Numbered from the stretch's first letter, positions 8,524 through 16,939 are shown. The stretch: DNA of 32,000 nt from Bacillus subtilis subsp. subtilis str. 168 (GCF_000009045.1 NC_000964.3:1020001-1052000); one strand, 5' to 3'. A program made the numbers and translations. The notes: generated from the sequence alone by a model not told the origin.

Positions 8524-9587
8524 AATTCCACCTCGCCGACATTCGCTGATTTTACAGATTTATTTTTCAGCATGCGCTGGATTTCCTTGGTTGGCCCTGT
8601 AACGACCGAACCGTATACATTGACACCGTTTTTCTCTACATAATCTAATCGGTTATCTACATTCAGGTCTTTCCGTTTTGAAATGACCTGAGCCCATTTT
8701 TCGTGTTTGGACATGAATTTCAGGGCGTTGATAAACTGATCGCCATTCGACTTGCCTTTTGTATTAAGGGCGGCCAAGAACTTTGAATCCTTTCCAGGAT
8801 AGCCAAGAGGTTCTGTGGAAGCTGTCTTATTTGTGTTTTTCTCTGTTTCGATTGCGTTCCACAAAAAGCTCACATCATAGCCTTTGAATTTGTTATACAC
8901 GTCTTTTGTCGGATATGCACGGTCATATGAAAGGTAGACCTCTGATACCGTTCCTTCAGGCAATGTGCTTAACGTTTTTTCTGCTTTTGCGGTCGTTTGT
9001 TCAGACTTGTTTGAAGGATGTGTAAAGTAATGGCCGGTTTTATTCACTTCTAAGTCATAGTAGTTTACTGCCGGCGCTTTTACTTTGTTATAAAACATTT
9101 CAACCCGTTCATTCCCTACGGCAGCCGTCTTCGTGCCAATCTGCTTTTGCAGCGGGAATTCCGTATTCATTCCAAATAGCTTCACTTGGCTTTTCAGTCC
9201 GGAAGTATCAACAAGAACATTCGGCATGGTCAGGGCTACAGTGACTGCGGCAGTTTCCATAAACTCATTGCCGGTGCTGTGTTTTCCACCCATTCCGTAA
9301 TAGAGGTAGCTTCCCAGCGTACAAAGCGGCAAAATCATCAATGTCGAAATGACGGCAAGCACAGAAATTCGCAAATAAGACTTGCGTTTGCCGTAGGCTA
9401 AAATCGCTTTTTGTTTTTCAGGACTGATGCTGAGATCCCAATCGTTATCGTCCTCTAGTTCGCTGTCAATCAGTTCCTGATATACTTCAAGCTTCTCGAG
9501 TTCTTCCTCAAATGCAGTCATTTCCTGGTCGCTCATTTCCCCATTTTTATATTGATCAAAACGCTTTTTAAATTCTTCATTCATCAT
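8511..9587 (-). CDS. yhdL: Anti-sigma-M factor (single-pass membrane protein)
   Basis: Acidic N-terminal cytoplasmic segment, one TM (ISVLAVISTLMILPLCTLGSYLYY) and a large extracytoplasmic domain. GAGGTG overlaps the track's GTG start (9593), so ATG 9587 is more likely (358 aa). It overlaps the sigM stop. Confidence 0.9.
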   Translation of the reverse strand: MMNEEFKKRFDQYKNGEMSDQEMTAFEEELEKLEVYQELIDSELEDDNDWDLSISPEKQKAILAYGKRKSYLRISVLAVISTLMILPLCTLGSYLYYGMGGKHSTGNEFMETAAVTVALTMPNVLVDTSGLKSQVKLFGMNTEFPLQKQIGTKTAAVGNERVEMFYNKVKAPAVNYYDLEVNKTGHYFTHPSNKSEQTTAKAEKTLSTLPEGTVSEVYLSYDRAYPTKDVYNKFKGYDVSFLWNAIETEKNTNKTASTEPLGYPGKDSKFLAALNTKGKSNGDQFINALKFMSKHEKWAQVISKRKDLNVDNRLDYVEKNGVNVYGSVVTGPTKEIQRMLKNKSVKSANVGEVELWNW

Positions 9588-10068
9588 TAACACCTCTATT
9601 ATAAAGTGCTTTCAGCCGCTGTCTGGCACGAAATAAAACACTTTTAAAATTCGCCTCTGAAATATTCATAATATGGGATGCTTCTTTGTAGTTTAACTCT
9701 TTTAAATAATATAGCGTTAAGGCCTCCCGATAATTATCGGGGAGCTCGGACATATAACCAGTCAGCACTTCCTTTATCTCTACCTGATGGGCAGGACTTT
9801 GAACAGCATTTTGAAAGAGGCTTCCGATTAAGTCATCAGAAATGGTTACTTCTTTCTTATGCTTTCTGACGTAATCAATGAAGGCGTTTCGCGCCACTTG
9901 AAAAAGCCAGGGCTTTACTTTGCTGTGATCATAGGAGTGAATGTGTATGTATGCCCGCATAAAGGTTTCCTGCAGTAAGTCTTCAGCAAGATGCTTGTCT
10001 TTTGTCATGGAGAGCAGGAACCTGTAAACATCATTCATGTACATTTGGTAAATTTCATCGATCGTCAC
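9577..10068 (-). CDS. sigM: ECF RNA polymerase sigma factor SigM
   Basis: 163 aa. Sigma-70 region 2 (DLLQETFMRAY) and region 4 HTH (YKEASHIMNISEANFKSVLFRARQRL). GTG start with SD GAGGGGAGAAAAGG. Confidence 0.95.
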   Translation of the reverse strand: MTIDEIYQMYMNDVYRFLLSMTKDKHLAEDLLQETFMRAYIHIHSYDHSKVKPWLFQVARNAFIDYVRKHKKEVTISDDLIGSLFQNAVQSPAHQVEIKEVLTGYMSELPDNYREALTLYYLKELNYKEASHIMNISEANFKSVLFRARQRLKALYNRGVNDE

Positions 10069-10091
10069 TGCCTTTTCTCCCCTCTATGTTA

Positions 10092-10120
10092 TACACGCAT
10101 AAGAAAGGTTTAAAGTTGCA
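10092..10120 (-). promoter_or_regulatory. Autoregulated sigma-M-dependent promoter of sigM
   Basis: The minus strand reads TGCAAC (10120-10115), 17-nt spacer, CGTGTA (10097-10092). This is the ECF-type AAC -35 and CGT -10 that I recall for the sigM PM promoter. Confidence 0.7.
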
Positions 10121-10209
10121 CATTACATGCAAACGGCTTTTTTATACCTAATCAAACACCATTACTATATAGTACCCAAAAATGGCCGCAAAAGATAGTG
10201 CGGAGAAAG

Positions 10210-10235
10210 GTTTAACATTTTTTCCAGAGGGGAAA
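10210..10235 (+). promoter_or_regulatory. Sigma-B-type promoter of yhdN
   Basis: GTTTAA (10210-10215), 14-nt spacer, GGGAAA (10230-10235). Near-consensus sigma-B promoter about 30 nt upstream of the ATG. From memory, yhdN is a sigma-B regulon member. Confidence 0.7.
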
Positions 10236-10264
10236 AGATAGTGAAAAAGTGAAGGAGTGGCACA

Positions 10265-11260
10265 ATGGAATATACCAGTATAGCAGATACAGGAATAGAA
10301 GCCTCCAGAATCGGCCTCGGCACATGGGCCATTGGCGGAACGATGTGGGGAGGCACTGACGAAAAAACATCGATTGAAACAATCCGCGCCGCTCTTGATC
10401 AGGGGATTACACTGATTGACACCGCACCGGCTTACGGCTTCGGGCAGTCCGAGGAAATTGTCGGAAAGGCAATCAAAGAGTACGGCAAAAGAGACCAGGT
10501 GATTCTCGCAACGAAAACGGCTCTGGACTGGAAGAACAACCAGCTGTTCCGCCATGCGAACAGAGCGAGAATTGTAGAGGAAGTTGAGAATTCTTTGAAG
10601 CGGCTTCAAACAGACTATATTGATCTTTATCAGGTGCATTGGCCCGATCCGCTTGTGCCAATTGAAGAAACGGCTGAAGTCATGAAGGAATTATATGATG
10701 CGGGAAAAATCCGGGCGATTGGCGTCAGCAATTTTTCAATTGAGCAAATGGATACATTTCGCGCCGTCGCACCTCTCCATACGATTCAGCCTCCATATAA
10801 TCTGTTTGAAAGAGAGATGGAAGAGAGTGTCCTTCCTTATGCGAAAGATAACAAGATAACAACATTATTATACGGCAGTTTATGCAGAGGGCTGTTAACA
10901 GGCAAAATGACTGAAGAATATACATTTGAGGGCGATGATCTGCGTAATCACGATCCAAAATTCCAGAAGCCCCGCTTTAAAGAGTATCTTTCTGCTGTGA
11001 ATCAATTGGATAAGCTGGCGAAGACACGTTATGGAAAATCAGTGATTCACTTGGCTGTCAGATGGATCTTAGATCAGCCGGGAGCGGATATCGCTCTTTG
11101 GGGAGCAAGAAAGCCTGGGCAGCTTGAGGCCCTATCTGAGATTACAGGCTGGACGCTGAACAGTGAAGATCAGAAAGATATCAATACTATATTGGAAAAT
11201 ACGATATCAGACCCTGTCGGACCGGAGTTTATGGCCCCGCCGACCAGAGAGGAAATATAA
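10265..11260 (+). CDS. yhdN: Aldo/keto reductase (general stress protein)
   Basis: 331 aa. AKR motifs GLGTWAIGG, IDTAPAYG and YQVHWPD. SD GAAGGAG. Confidence 0.95.
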   Translation: MEYTSIADTGIEASRIGLGTWAIGGTMWGGTDEKTSIETIRAALDQGITLIDTAPAYGFGQSEEIVGKAIKEYGKRDQVILATKTALDWKNNQLFRHANRARIVEEVENSLKRLQTDYIDLYQVHWPDPLVPIEETAEVMKELYDAGKIRAIGVSNFSIEQMDTFRAVAPLHTIQPPYNLFEREMEESVLPYAKDNKITTLLYGSLCRGLLTGKMTEEYTFEGDDLRNHDPKFQKPRFKEYLSAVNQLDKLAKTRYGKSVIHLAVRWILDQPGADIALWGARKPGQLEALSEITGWTLNSEDQKDINTILENTISDPVGPEFMAPPTREEI

Positions 11261-11261
11261 C

Positions 11262-11290
11262 AAAAGCTGAGGGCGAATCCTCAGCTTTTT
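11262..11290 (+). terminator. Rho-independent terminator after yhdN
   Basis: Stem GCTGAGG / CCTCAGC, loop GCGAAT, then TTTTT. Confidence 0.85.
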
Positions 11291-11342
11291 GGCGTTTAAA
11301 CGAGAGAAATCTTAAAAATTAGTACCAGGTAATAAAAAATAT

Positions 11343-11351
11343 TGTTATAAT
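11343..11351 (+). promoter_or_regulatory. Extended -10 promoter candidate for plsC
   Basis: TGtTATAAT, 44 nt upstream of the plsC ATG. No convincing -35. Confidence 0.45.
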
Positions 11352-11394
11352 AGATGACAGAAAGAATCATTGATTACGACAAAGGAAGTGCGAT

Positions 11395-11994
11395 ATGTAT
11401 AAGTTTTGTGCAAATGCTTTAAAAGTTATTCTTTCTCTTCGCGGAGGAGTGAAGGTGTATAACAAAGAAAACCTTCCGGCCGATTCAGGTTTTGTCATCG
11501 CGTGTACACATTCCGGCTGGGTTGATGTGATTACACTCGGAGTCGGGATTCTTCCTTATCAAATACACTACATGGCGAAAAAAGAGCTTTTTCAAAATAA
11601 ATGGATCGGTTCGTTTCTGAAGAAAATTCATGCCTTTCCGGTAGATCGGGAAAATCCCGGGCCAAGCAGTATTAAAACGCCGATTAAGCTGCTGAAAGAA
11701 GGAGAGATCGTCGGTATCTTCCCAAGCGGAACAAGAACCTCTGAGGATGTGCCTTTGAAAAGAGGTGCGGTGACGATTGCGCAAATGGGGAAAGCGCCGC
11801 TTGTCCCCGCTGCATATCAGGGCCCTTCAAGCGGAAAAGAATTATTCAAAAAAGGAAAAATGAAGCTGATTATCGGTGAGCCTCTTCACCAGGCTGATTT
11901 TGCCCACCTGCCTTCAAAGGAAAGACTTGCAGCAATGACAGAGGCTTTGAATCAGCGGATTAAAGAACTAGAGAATAAACTTGATCAGCTATAA
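11395..11994 (+). CDS. plsC: 1-acyl-sn-glycerol-3-phosphate acyltransferase
   Basis: 199 aa. Acyltransferase HxxxxD motif (HSGWVD) and FPSGTR block. SD AAAGGAAG. Confidence 0.95.
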   Translation: MYKFCANALKVILSLRGGVKVYNKENLPADSGFVIACTHSGWVDVITLGVGILPYQIHYMAKKELFQNKWIGSFLKKIHAFPVDRENPGPSSIKTPIKLLKEGEIVGIFPSGTRTSEDVPLKRGAVTIAQMGKAPLVPAAYQGPSSGKELFKKGKMKLIIGEPLHQADFAHLPSKERLAAMTEALNQRIKELENKLDQL

Positions 11995-12027
11995 GGCGTT
12001 CTGAGAGATTGTCCTGAAACTGTGAAA

Positions 12028-12063
12028 ATAAGAAAAGCACCCTATACAAGGTGCTTTTCTTAT
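12028..12063. terminator. Bidirectional terminator between convergent plsC and yhdP
   Basis: 11-bp stem AGAAAAGCACC / GGTGCTTTTCT with loop CTATACAA. U-rich on both strands. Confidence 0.85.
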
Positions 12064-13397
12064 TATGCTTCCTGCTGGTTAGCTGTCTCCAGAAGTTCTT
12101 CTTCTTGAAGCTTTTTCACTTCAATATATGCGACGTGGTGGCCGTCAATTTCATTAATGATGAATTCGCAGCCCTCTTCGATGATGGAATCATCTTTTTC
12201 AACATCGTATTTTTGAGTAAGGAACCAGCCGCCGATTGTATCGACTTCTTCGTTCTCTAAATGGATGCCTAGCAGGTCGTTTACTTGGTCAATTAACACT
12301 TTTCCGTCAAGAATATAATGGCCTTCGCCGATTTTGCGGATTTCGCTAATTTCATCAATATCAAATTCGTCGCGGATTTCACCGACAATTTCCTCAATGA
12401 TGTCCTCAACCGTCACAAGCCCGGCAGTACCGCCGTATTCATCAGACAAAATGGCCATGTGGACCCTCTCTTTTTGCATTTTGACAAGCAGGTCTTGGAT
12501 CGGCGCAGATTCAATGACATGAATGATAGGGTTGACGAATTGAGAAATGGTGGAATCAACAGATACCTCACCGCTGATGCAGGCGGTCAGCACTTCTTTA
12601 ATGTTAATAACCCCGATAATGTTATCTTTATCGCCCTCTTCCACAGGGTAGCGGGTATATTTTTCAATCTGAATGATGTCCATCATTTCAGAAATCTTGA
12701 TATCATGCGGAAGGCTGACAATTTCGGTCCGCGGAATCATAATTTCTTTCGCGAGCCTGTCGTCAAATTCAAAGATTTTATTCACATATTTAAACTCTGA
12801 TTGGTTGATTTCACCGCTTTTATAGCTTTCAGACAAAATGATTCGCAGCTCTTCTTCTGAGTGAGCCAGTTCGTTTTCTGAAACGGTCTCCAGGCCAAAT
12901 GCTTTGGTCAATAACCGTGCGGAATTGTTCAAAAGCCAAATGAATGGGAACGCGATGCGGTAAAACCAAATCAGCGGTTTCGCAAACAGCATAGACACTG
13001 CTTCCGCCTTTTGGATAGCGACTGTTTTAGGTGCAAGTTCTCCGACAACAACGTGTAAGAACGTGATAATGGCATACGCAAAAATAAACGATATGACATG
13101 TGAAAGGGAACCTGGAACGTTCATTTGGACGAAAAGCGGGTGAAGCAGCCTTTCGATCGTTGATTCACCTAAAACCCCTAATCCGATGGAAGTCAATGTA
13201 ATTCCGAGCTGACACGCAGATAAATATTCATCAAGATGCGTGGTCACTTTTTTTACGGCTATTGCTGCTTTATTTCCTTCCGCGATCAGCTGATCGATCC
13301 GTGAGCCTCTGATTCTGATAATGGCAAACTCAGATGCCACGAAAAATGCCGTCAGGGCGATTAAAACAGCAACTAAAATCAAATTCACTATGTCCAA
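12063..13397 (-). CDS. yhdP: CNNM/CorC-family membrane protein (DUF21 TM domain + CBS pair + CorC_HlyC), implicated in Mg2+ efflux (MpfA)
   Basis: 444 aa. N-terminal 4-TM DUF21 ([17 protein letters not shown]), tandem CBS region, C-terminal CorC/HlyC domain. TTG start. Clear paralog of the ORF at 15554-16939. Confidence 0.93.
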   Translation of the reverse strand: MDIVNLILVAVLIALTAFFVASEFAIIRIRGSRIDQLIAEGNKAAIAVKKVTTHLDEYLSACQLGITLTSIGLGVLGESTIERLLHPLFVQMNVPGSLSHVISFIFAYAIITFLHVVVGELAPKTVAIQKAEAVSMLFAKPLIWFYRIAFPFIWLLNNSARLLTKAFGLETVSENELAHSEEELRIILSESYKSGEINQSEFKYVNKIFEFDDRLAKEIMIPRTEIVSLPHDIKISEMMDIIQIEKYTRYPVEEGDKDNIIGVINIKEVLTACISGEVSVDSTISQFVNPIIHVIESAPIQDLLVKMQKERVHMAILSDEYGGTAGLVTVEDIIEEIVGEIRDEFDIDEISEIRKIGEGHYILDGKVLIDQVNDLLGIHLENEEVDTIGGWFLTQKYDVEKDDSIIEEGCEFIINEIDGHHVAYIEVKKLQEEELLETANQQEA

Positions 13398-13402
13398 TTA
13401 GA

Positions 13403-13441
13403 ACCTTCACTCTAGCAATGAGAATGAAGGTAACACCTCCT
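13403..13441 (-). promoter_or_regulatory. Structured translation-initiation leader of yhdP: AGGAGGTG followed by an 11-bp hairpin ending 5 nt before the TTG
   Basis: Minus-strand RNA reads AGGAGGUG-UU-[ACCUUCAUUCU CAUUGCU AGAGUGAAGGU]-UCUAA-UUG. There are 11 contiguous pairs (one G-U). The 3' arm contains GAAGG 6 nt from the start. Confidence 0.55.
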
Positions 13442-13457
13442 GTTAGATAAAATGGTT

Positions 13458-13889
13458 TTAACTTAACAGCAGCATAAATGATTGGAACACGGCGAGCTTT
13501 TCAGGCGGGAGTTTGCTTTTCAGCTTGTCACGATCCTCGGGCTTCAGCCGTTCAAACCGATGCAAGATTCCGGAGATGTTTTGATTCATATGATCAATTT
13601 CTAATGCCAGATTTCCAATTTCATCATCAAGTTTAGCTGAAGAGGGAAACTGGTTCTCCAGTCGATCTTTAATATCGGACAGGGCCAATCGCTGCTTCTT
13701 GCAATCTACAATAAATATAAGTCGTTTGAGTGCATTTTCGTCGTAGTAACGGTAATTTGAACAGGATCTGGCCGGCGTAAGCAGACCGAGATTCGTATAA
13801 TAATCAACTGTCCGTTTCGTTACTCCGGCGAGTGCCGCTAGTTCACTGATGCGATAAGTCTCAGCCCCATCTATATCCCTCCCAACCAT
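13458..13889 (-). CDS. cueR: MerR-family transcriptional regulator (annotated CueR/YhdQ)
   Basis: MerR HTH YRISELAALAGVTKRTVDYYTNLGLL. The track ORF is 181 aa from ATG 14003 with no SD. I use ATG 13889, which gives 143 aa, the length I recall. That start also lacks a clear SD, so the start call is uncertain. Confidence 0.8.
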   Translation of the reverse strand: MVGRDIDGAETYRISELAALAGVTKRTVDYYTNLGLLTPARSCSNYRYYDENALKRLIFIVDCKKQRLALSDIKDRLENQFPSSAKLDDEIGNLALEIDHMNQNISGILHRFERLKPEDRDKLKSKLPPEKLAVFQSFMLLLS

Positions 13890-14045
13890 CACGTTATAGT
13901 TATGAGAATAGTTTAATATATGAACGGTGTCTTGCACAAGTTTATTGTTTTTTTTAGACCGGAATTGGAAGTTGTGGAATTCATCATCTGATTGAAGTAA
14001 CATAGGAAGATAGAATTTTCAAATTTTTATATGCGGAAGGGACAG

Positions 14046-15227
14046 ATGAAATTGGCTGGGTTATCCCGGGAAGTTGAAGAAAACTTAAATAAAGGATCAT
14101 GGATTCGCAAGCTGTTTGATGAAGGTGCAAGGCTGAAGAAGGAGTTCGGGGAAGACCAGGTATTTGATTTTTCACTCGGCAACCCGATTGTTGAACCGCC
14201 TGAAGCTTTTAAGAGAGCGTTAATAGAGGAAGCTGAAAAAGGCAGCCACGGATACATACAAAACCAAGGGCTTCTTGCAGCGAGAGAAAAAGTCGCGCAA
14301 TTTCTGGGCTCGCGTTTTGAAGCTGATTTCTCAGCGGAGCGCATCGTCATGACGGTGGGCGCGGGAGGCGCTTTGAATGTTGCGTTAAAAAGCATCGTAA
14401 ACCCTGGGGAAGAGGTCATTATTCTTGCACCTTATTTTGCCGAATATAAGTTGTATATTGAGAACTACGGGGGAAAAGCCGTCAGCTGCCCGTTGACAAG
14501 CCGGTTTGAGATCGACATTGAAGCGGTAAGGCAATCGATCACTCCACAGACGAAAGGGCTGATTCTCAATACACCGCATAACCCCACAGGCACTGTTCTC
14601 AGCCAGAAAAATATAGACGATTTAGGCGCTTTATTAAAAGAAATAGAAGAGAAGAGCGGCCAGACGATTTATGTGCTGTTTGATGAACCGTACAGTCAAT
14701 TAATCTATGATGAAGAGCTGGCAAATCCGTTTCAATCGTACCATCGTGTGATATTGGCCAGCTCATTCAGTAAAGATCTCGGCATAGCCGGAGAGCGGCT
14801 CGGGTATATCGGATTGGACAGCCGAATGCCGGATGCGGACCTTTTGATCAACGCTTTTGTGTATTGTAATCGAACGCTTGGATTTGTGAATGCCCCTGTC
14901 ATGATGCAGCGGGCTGTGGCACGAATGGATGATTTAAGAGTAGACGCGAGCGCTTATAAAGAGCGCCGGGATTTAATGGTAGACATTTTAAAAGAAGCCG
15001 GTTTTGAATTTGAAATGCCAAAGGGAGGTTTCTTTGTTTTTCCGAAATCGCCGATTGAAGATGAAGTTGCATTTTGCGTGCATGCCGCCCAAAAATACAA
15101 ATTATTAATTGTGCCGAGCAGCGGTTTTGGAATGAGCGGGCATTTCCGATTATCCTTCAGTGTGCCGATCGAGCAGATTAAAAACTCACGGGACATTTTC
15201 ATTTCTTTATATAAAGATTTTGCTTAA
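14046..15227 (+). CDS. yhdR: Class I PLP-dependent aminotransferase (aspartate aminotransferase-like)
   Basis: Motifs NTPHNPTG and [15 protein letters not shown] (PLP lysine). GGAAGGGA precedes ATG 14046 (393 aa). The track start at 14031 has no SD. Confidence 0.9.
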
Positions 15228-15240
15228 GAAGGCAAAGAAA

Positions 15241-15271
15241 AGAAAACAGTTTTCAAGGCTGTTTTCTTTTT
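15241..15271 (+). terminator. Rho-independent terminator after yhdR
   Basis: Stem AGAAAACAG / CTGTTTTCT, 9-nt loop, then TTTT. Confidence 0.8.
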
Positions 15272-15512
15272 ATATCCGCAAAATCCTTCCTCTTCCAATC
15301 CAGACAGGCGCAGAATTGACAAGCAGGCATGCAGTTAAGGCTTTCTTCATGATAAAAGTCTAAAAATTAAAAATCATTTTTGGAATGAGTTGTGTTACAA
15401 TAAAATATACAATTTATAATCAAACTTTGACTTTTGGAGGTGGTATGATGGGGCCCTCTGCTTAGGCAACAATACACCGCGTACCTCAATGTTAAGGAAA
15501 AATGATTATATC

Positions 15513-15549
15513 AGGAGGTGACTCCTTATCCTTTGTTGAGAGGATAGGG
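15513..15549 (+). promoter_or_regulatory. Structured translation-initiation leader of yhdT: AGGAGGTG followed by an 11-bp hairpin ending 4 nt before the ATG
   Basis: AGGAGGUG-ACU-[CCUUAUCCUUU GUUG AGAGGAUAGGG]-UUAA-AUG. There are 11 pairs (two G-U). An alternative 5-bp helix AGGAG/CUCCU closed by a GUGA (GNRA) tetraloop overlaps the 5' arm by 3 nt. Confidence 0.55.
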
Positions 15550-15553
15550 TTAA

Positions 15554-16939
15554 ATGGACGATATTGACAGTCTGATTTTAATTGGCGTGCTCATTGCTTT
15601 AACCGCGTTTTTCGTTGCAAGCGAGTTTGCGATTGTTAGAGTGAGGAGATCCAGAATAGATCAGCTTATCACAGAAGGAAACAAACGGGCGATACTCGCA
15701 AGGCGTGTCATTACAGATTTGGATGAATATTTATCCGCATCCCAGCTAGGCATTACATTGACATCAATCGGGCTTGGCGTACTGGGTGAGCCGGCCTTTG
15801 AACGGCTGCTGCATCCACTGTTTGAACCGCTCGGCTTGCCGGACTCGGTTTCACATGCAGTCTCTTTTGCAGTCGCGTACGGCTTGATCACGTTCCTGCA
15901 CGTTGTTGTAGGTGAACTGGCCCCGAAAACGGTCGCGATTCAAAAGGCAGAACAGCTGACTTTACTGATAGCGGGCCCTTTGCGTTTATTCTATTTGCTC
16001 CTGTTTCCGTTTATTTGGATCCTCAATGGATCGGCGCGGCTTTTATGCGGGATGTTCGGTTTGAAGCCTGCGTCAGAACATGATGGTTCCCATTCTGAGG
16101 AAGAACTCAGGATGCTGTTATCTGAGAGTTTAAAAAACGGAGAGATTAATCCGTCTGAATATAAATATGTGAATAAGATTTTTGAATTTGATAATCGGAT
16201 CGCCAAAGAAATTATGATACCGCGGAAGGAAATGGCTGCTGTGTCAACTGAGATGACGATGGCCGAGATGCTTGAAGTCATGCTGAAGGAAAAATACACG
16301 CGCTGGCCAGTCACAGATGGAGACAAAGACAGTGTGCTCGGTTTGGTCAATACGAAGCATTTGTTTTCTGATTTGCTGTTTATGACAGAAGAAGAACGAA
16401 TGAAGATGACGATCCATCCGTATGTGAGGCCGGTCATCGAAGTGATTGAAACGATCCCGGTTCATGACTTGCTGATTAAAATGCAGCGCGAGCGCATTCA
16501 TATGGCTATATTGTCGGATGAATACGGAGGAACCTCGGGACTTGTGACGACAGAGGATATTCTTGAGGAAATTGTCGGAGAGATCCGAGATGAATTTGAT
16601 GAAGATGAACAGCCGCTGATCCAAAAGCTTGGCGACGGCCATTATGTGATGGATGGAAAGGTTCGGATCGATCAGGTGAACAGCCTTCTTGGCGCATCGA
16701 TTCAAGAAGACGTCGATACGATCGGCGGGCTGATATTAAAAGAAAACATCGATATTGAGGCTGGTGAATCCATTCGCATCGGTTCATATACGATAAAGGT
16801 GCTGAAGATGGACGGCCGATTAATCAAGCAAATCGATATAAAAGAAGAAGCCGGCAACACAACCGGGATTACGGCGCACCACAAGCTGCCGCTGCCCGAG
16901 CCTGTGATGCTGAACAGTGCAACCTTGAGCGAGAAATAA
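15554..16939 (+). CDS. yhdT: CNNM/CorC-family membrane protein (DUF21 + CBS pair + CorC_HlyC), paralog of yhdP
   Basis: 461 aa. It aligns with YhdP along most of its length (for example [51 protein letters not shown]). Confidence 0.93.
   Translation: MDDIDSLILIGVLIALTAFFVASEFAIVRVRRSRIDQLITEGNKRAILARRVITDLDEYLSASQLGITLTSIGLGVLGEPAFERLLHPLFEPLGLPDSVSHAVSFAVAYGLITFLHVVVGELAPKTVAIQKAEQLTLLIAGPLRLFYLLLFPFIWILNGSARLLCGMFGLKPASEHDGSHSEEELRMLLSESLKNGEINPSEYKYVNKIFEFDNRIAKEIMIPRKEMAAVSTEMTMAEMLEVMLKEKYTRWPVTDGDKDSVLGLVNTKHLFSDLLFMTEEERMKMTIHPYVRPVIEVIETIPVHDLLIKMQRERIHMAILSDEYGGTSGLVTTEDILEEIVGEIRDEFDEDEQPLIQKLGDGHYVMDGKVRIDQVNSLLGASIQEDVDTIGGLILKENIDIEAGESIRIGSYTIKVLKMDGRLIKQIDIKEEAGNTTGITAHHKLPLPEPVMLNSATLSEK

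Noticed and set aside
10148-10639. A 163-aa minus-strand ORF overlapping the yhdN 5' half and its promoter region.
   Set aside because: It is antisense to a well-supported aldo/keto reductase gene. It has a Cys/Ser/Phe-rich low-complexity composition, no SD and no family motifs.
12318-12800. A 160-aa + strand ORF antisense to yhdP. It is visibly homologous to the 153-aa ORF at 16244-16705 antisense to the paralog yhdT (for example [22 protein letters not shown] versus DNFLKNILCRHKSRGSSVFIRQ). This could be mistaken for a conserved antisense gene.
   Set aside because: Both are exactly in phase with the sense codons (offsets of 255 and 690 nt, both multiples of 3). An antisense stop therefore only arises from sense TTA, CTA or TCA codons, which are scarce here. 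The apparent conservation is the mirror image of the conserved CBS/CorC sense sequence. There is no SD or promoter. These are shadow ORFs.
13398-13400. A TAA stop sits immediately in frame before both the yhdP UUG and the yhdT AUG (15551-15553). This suggested termination-reinitiation coupling to an upstream ORF.
   Set aside because: In both leaders the same frame is closed again only 2-3 codons further upstream (UGA at yhdP, UAG at yhdT). No upstream ORF can therefore terminate there.
13890-14003. N-terminal extensions offered by the ORF track: cueR 181 aa, sspB 100 aa (to 30333), nhaX 184 aa (to 24927), yheE 89 aa (to 30712), dat +12 codons, yhdJ +12 codons and yhdR +5 codons.
   Set aside because: In each case the upstream start lacks an SD, or lies upstream of the promoter or SD that serves the internal start. 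The internal start also reproduces the family-typical or remembered protein length.
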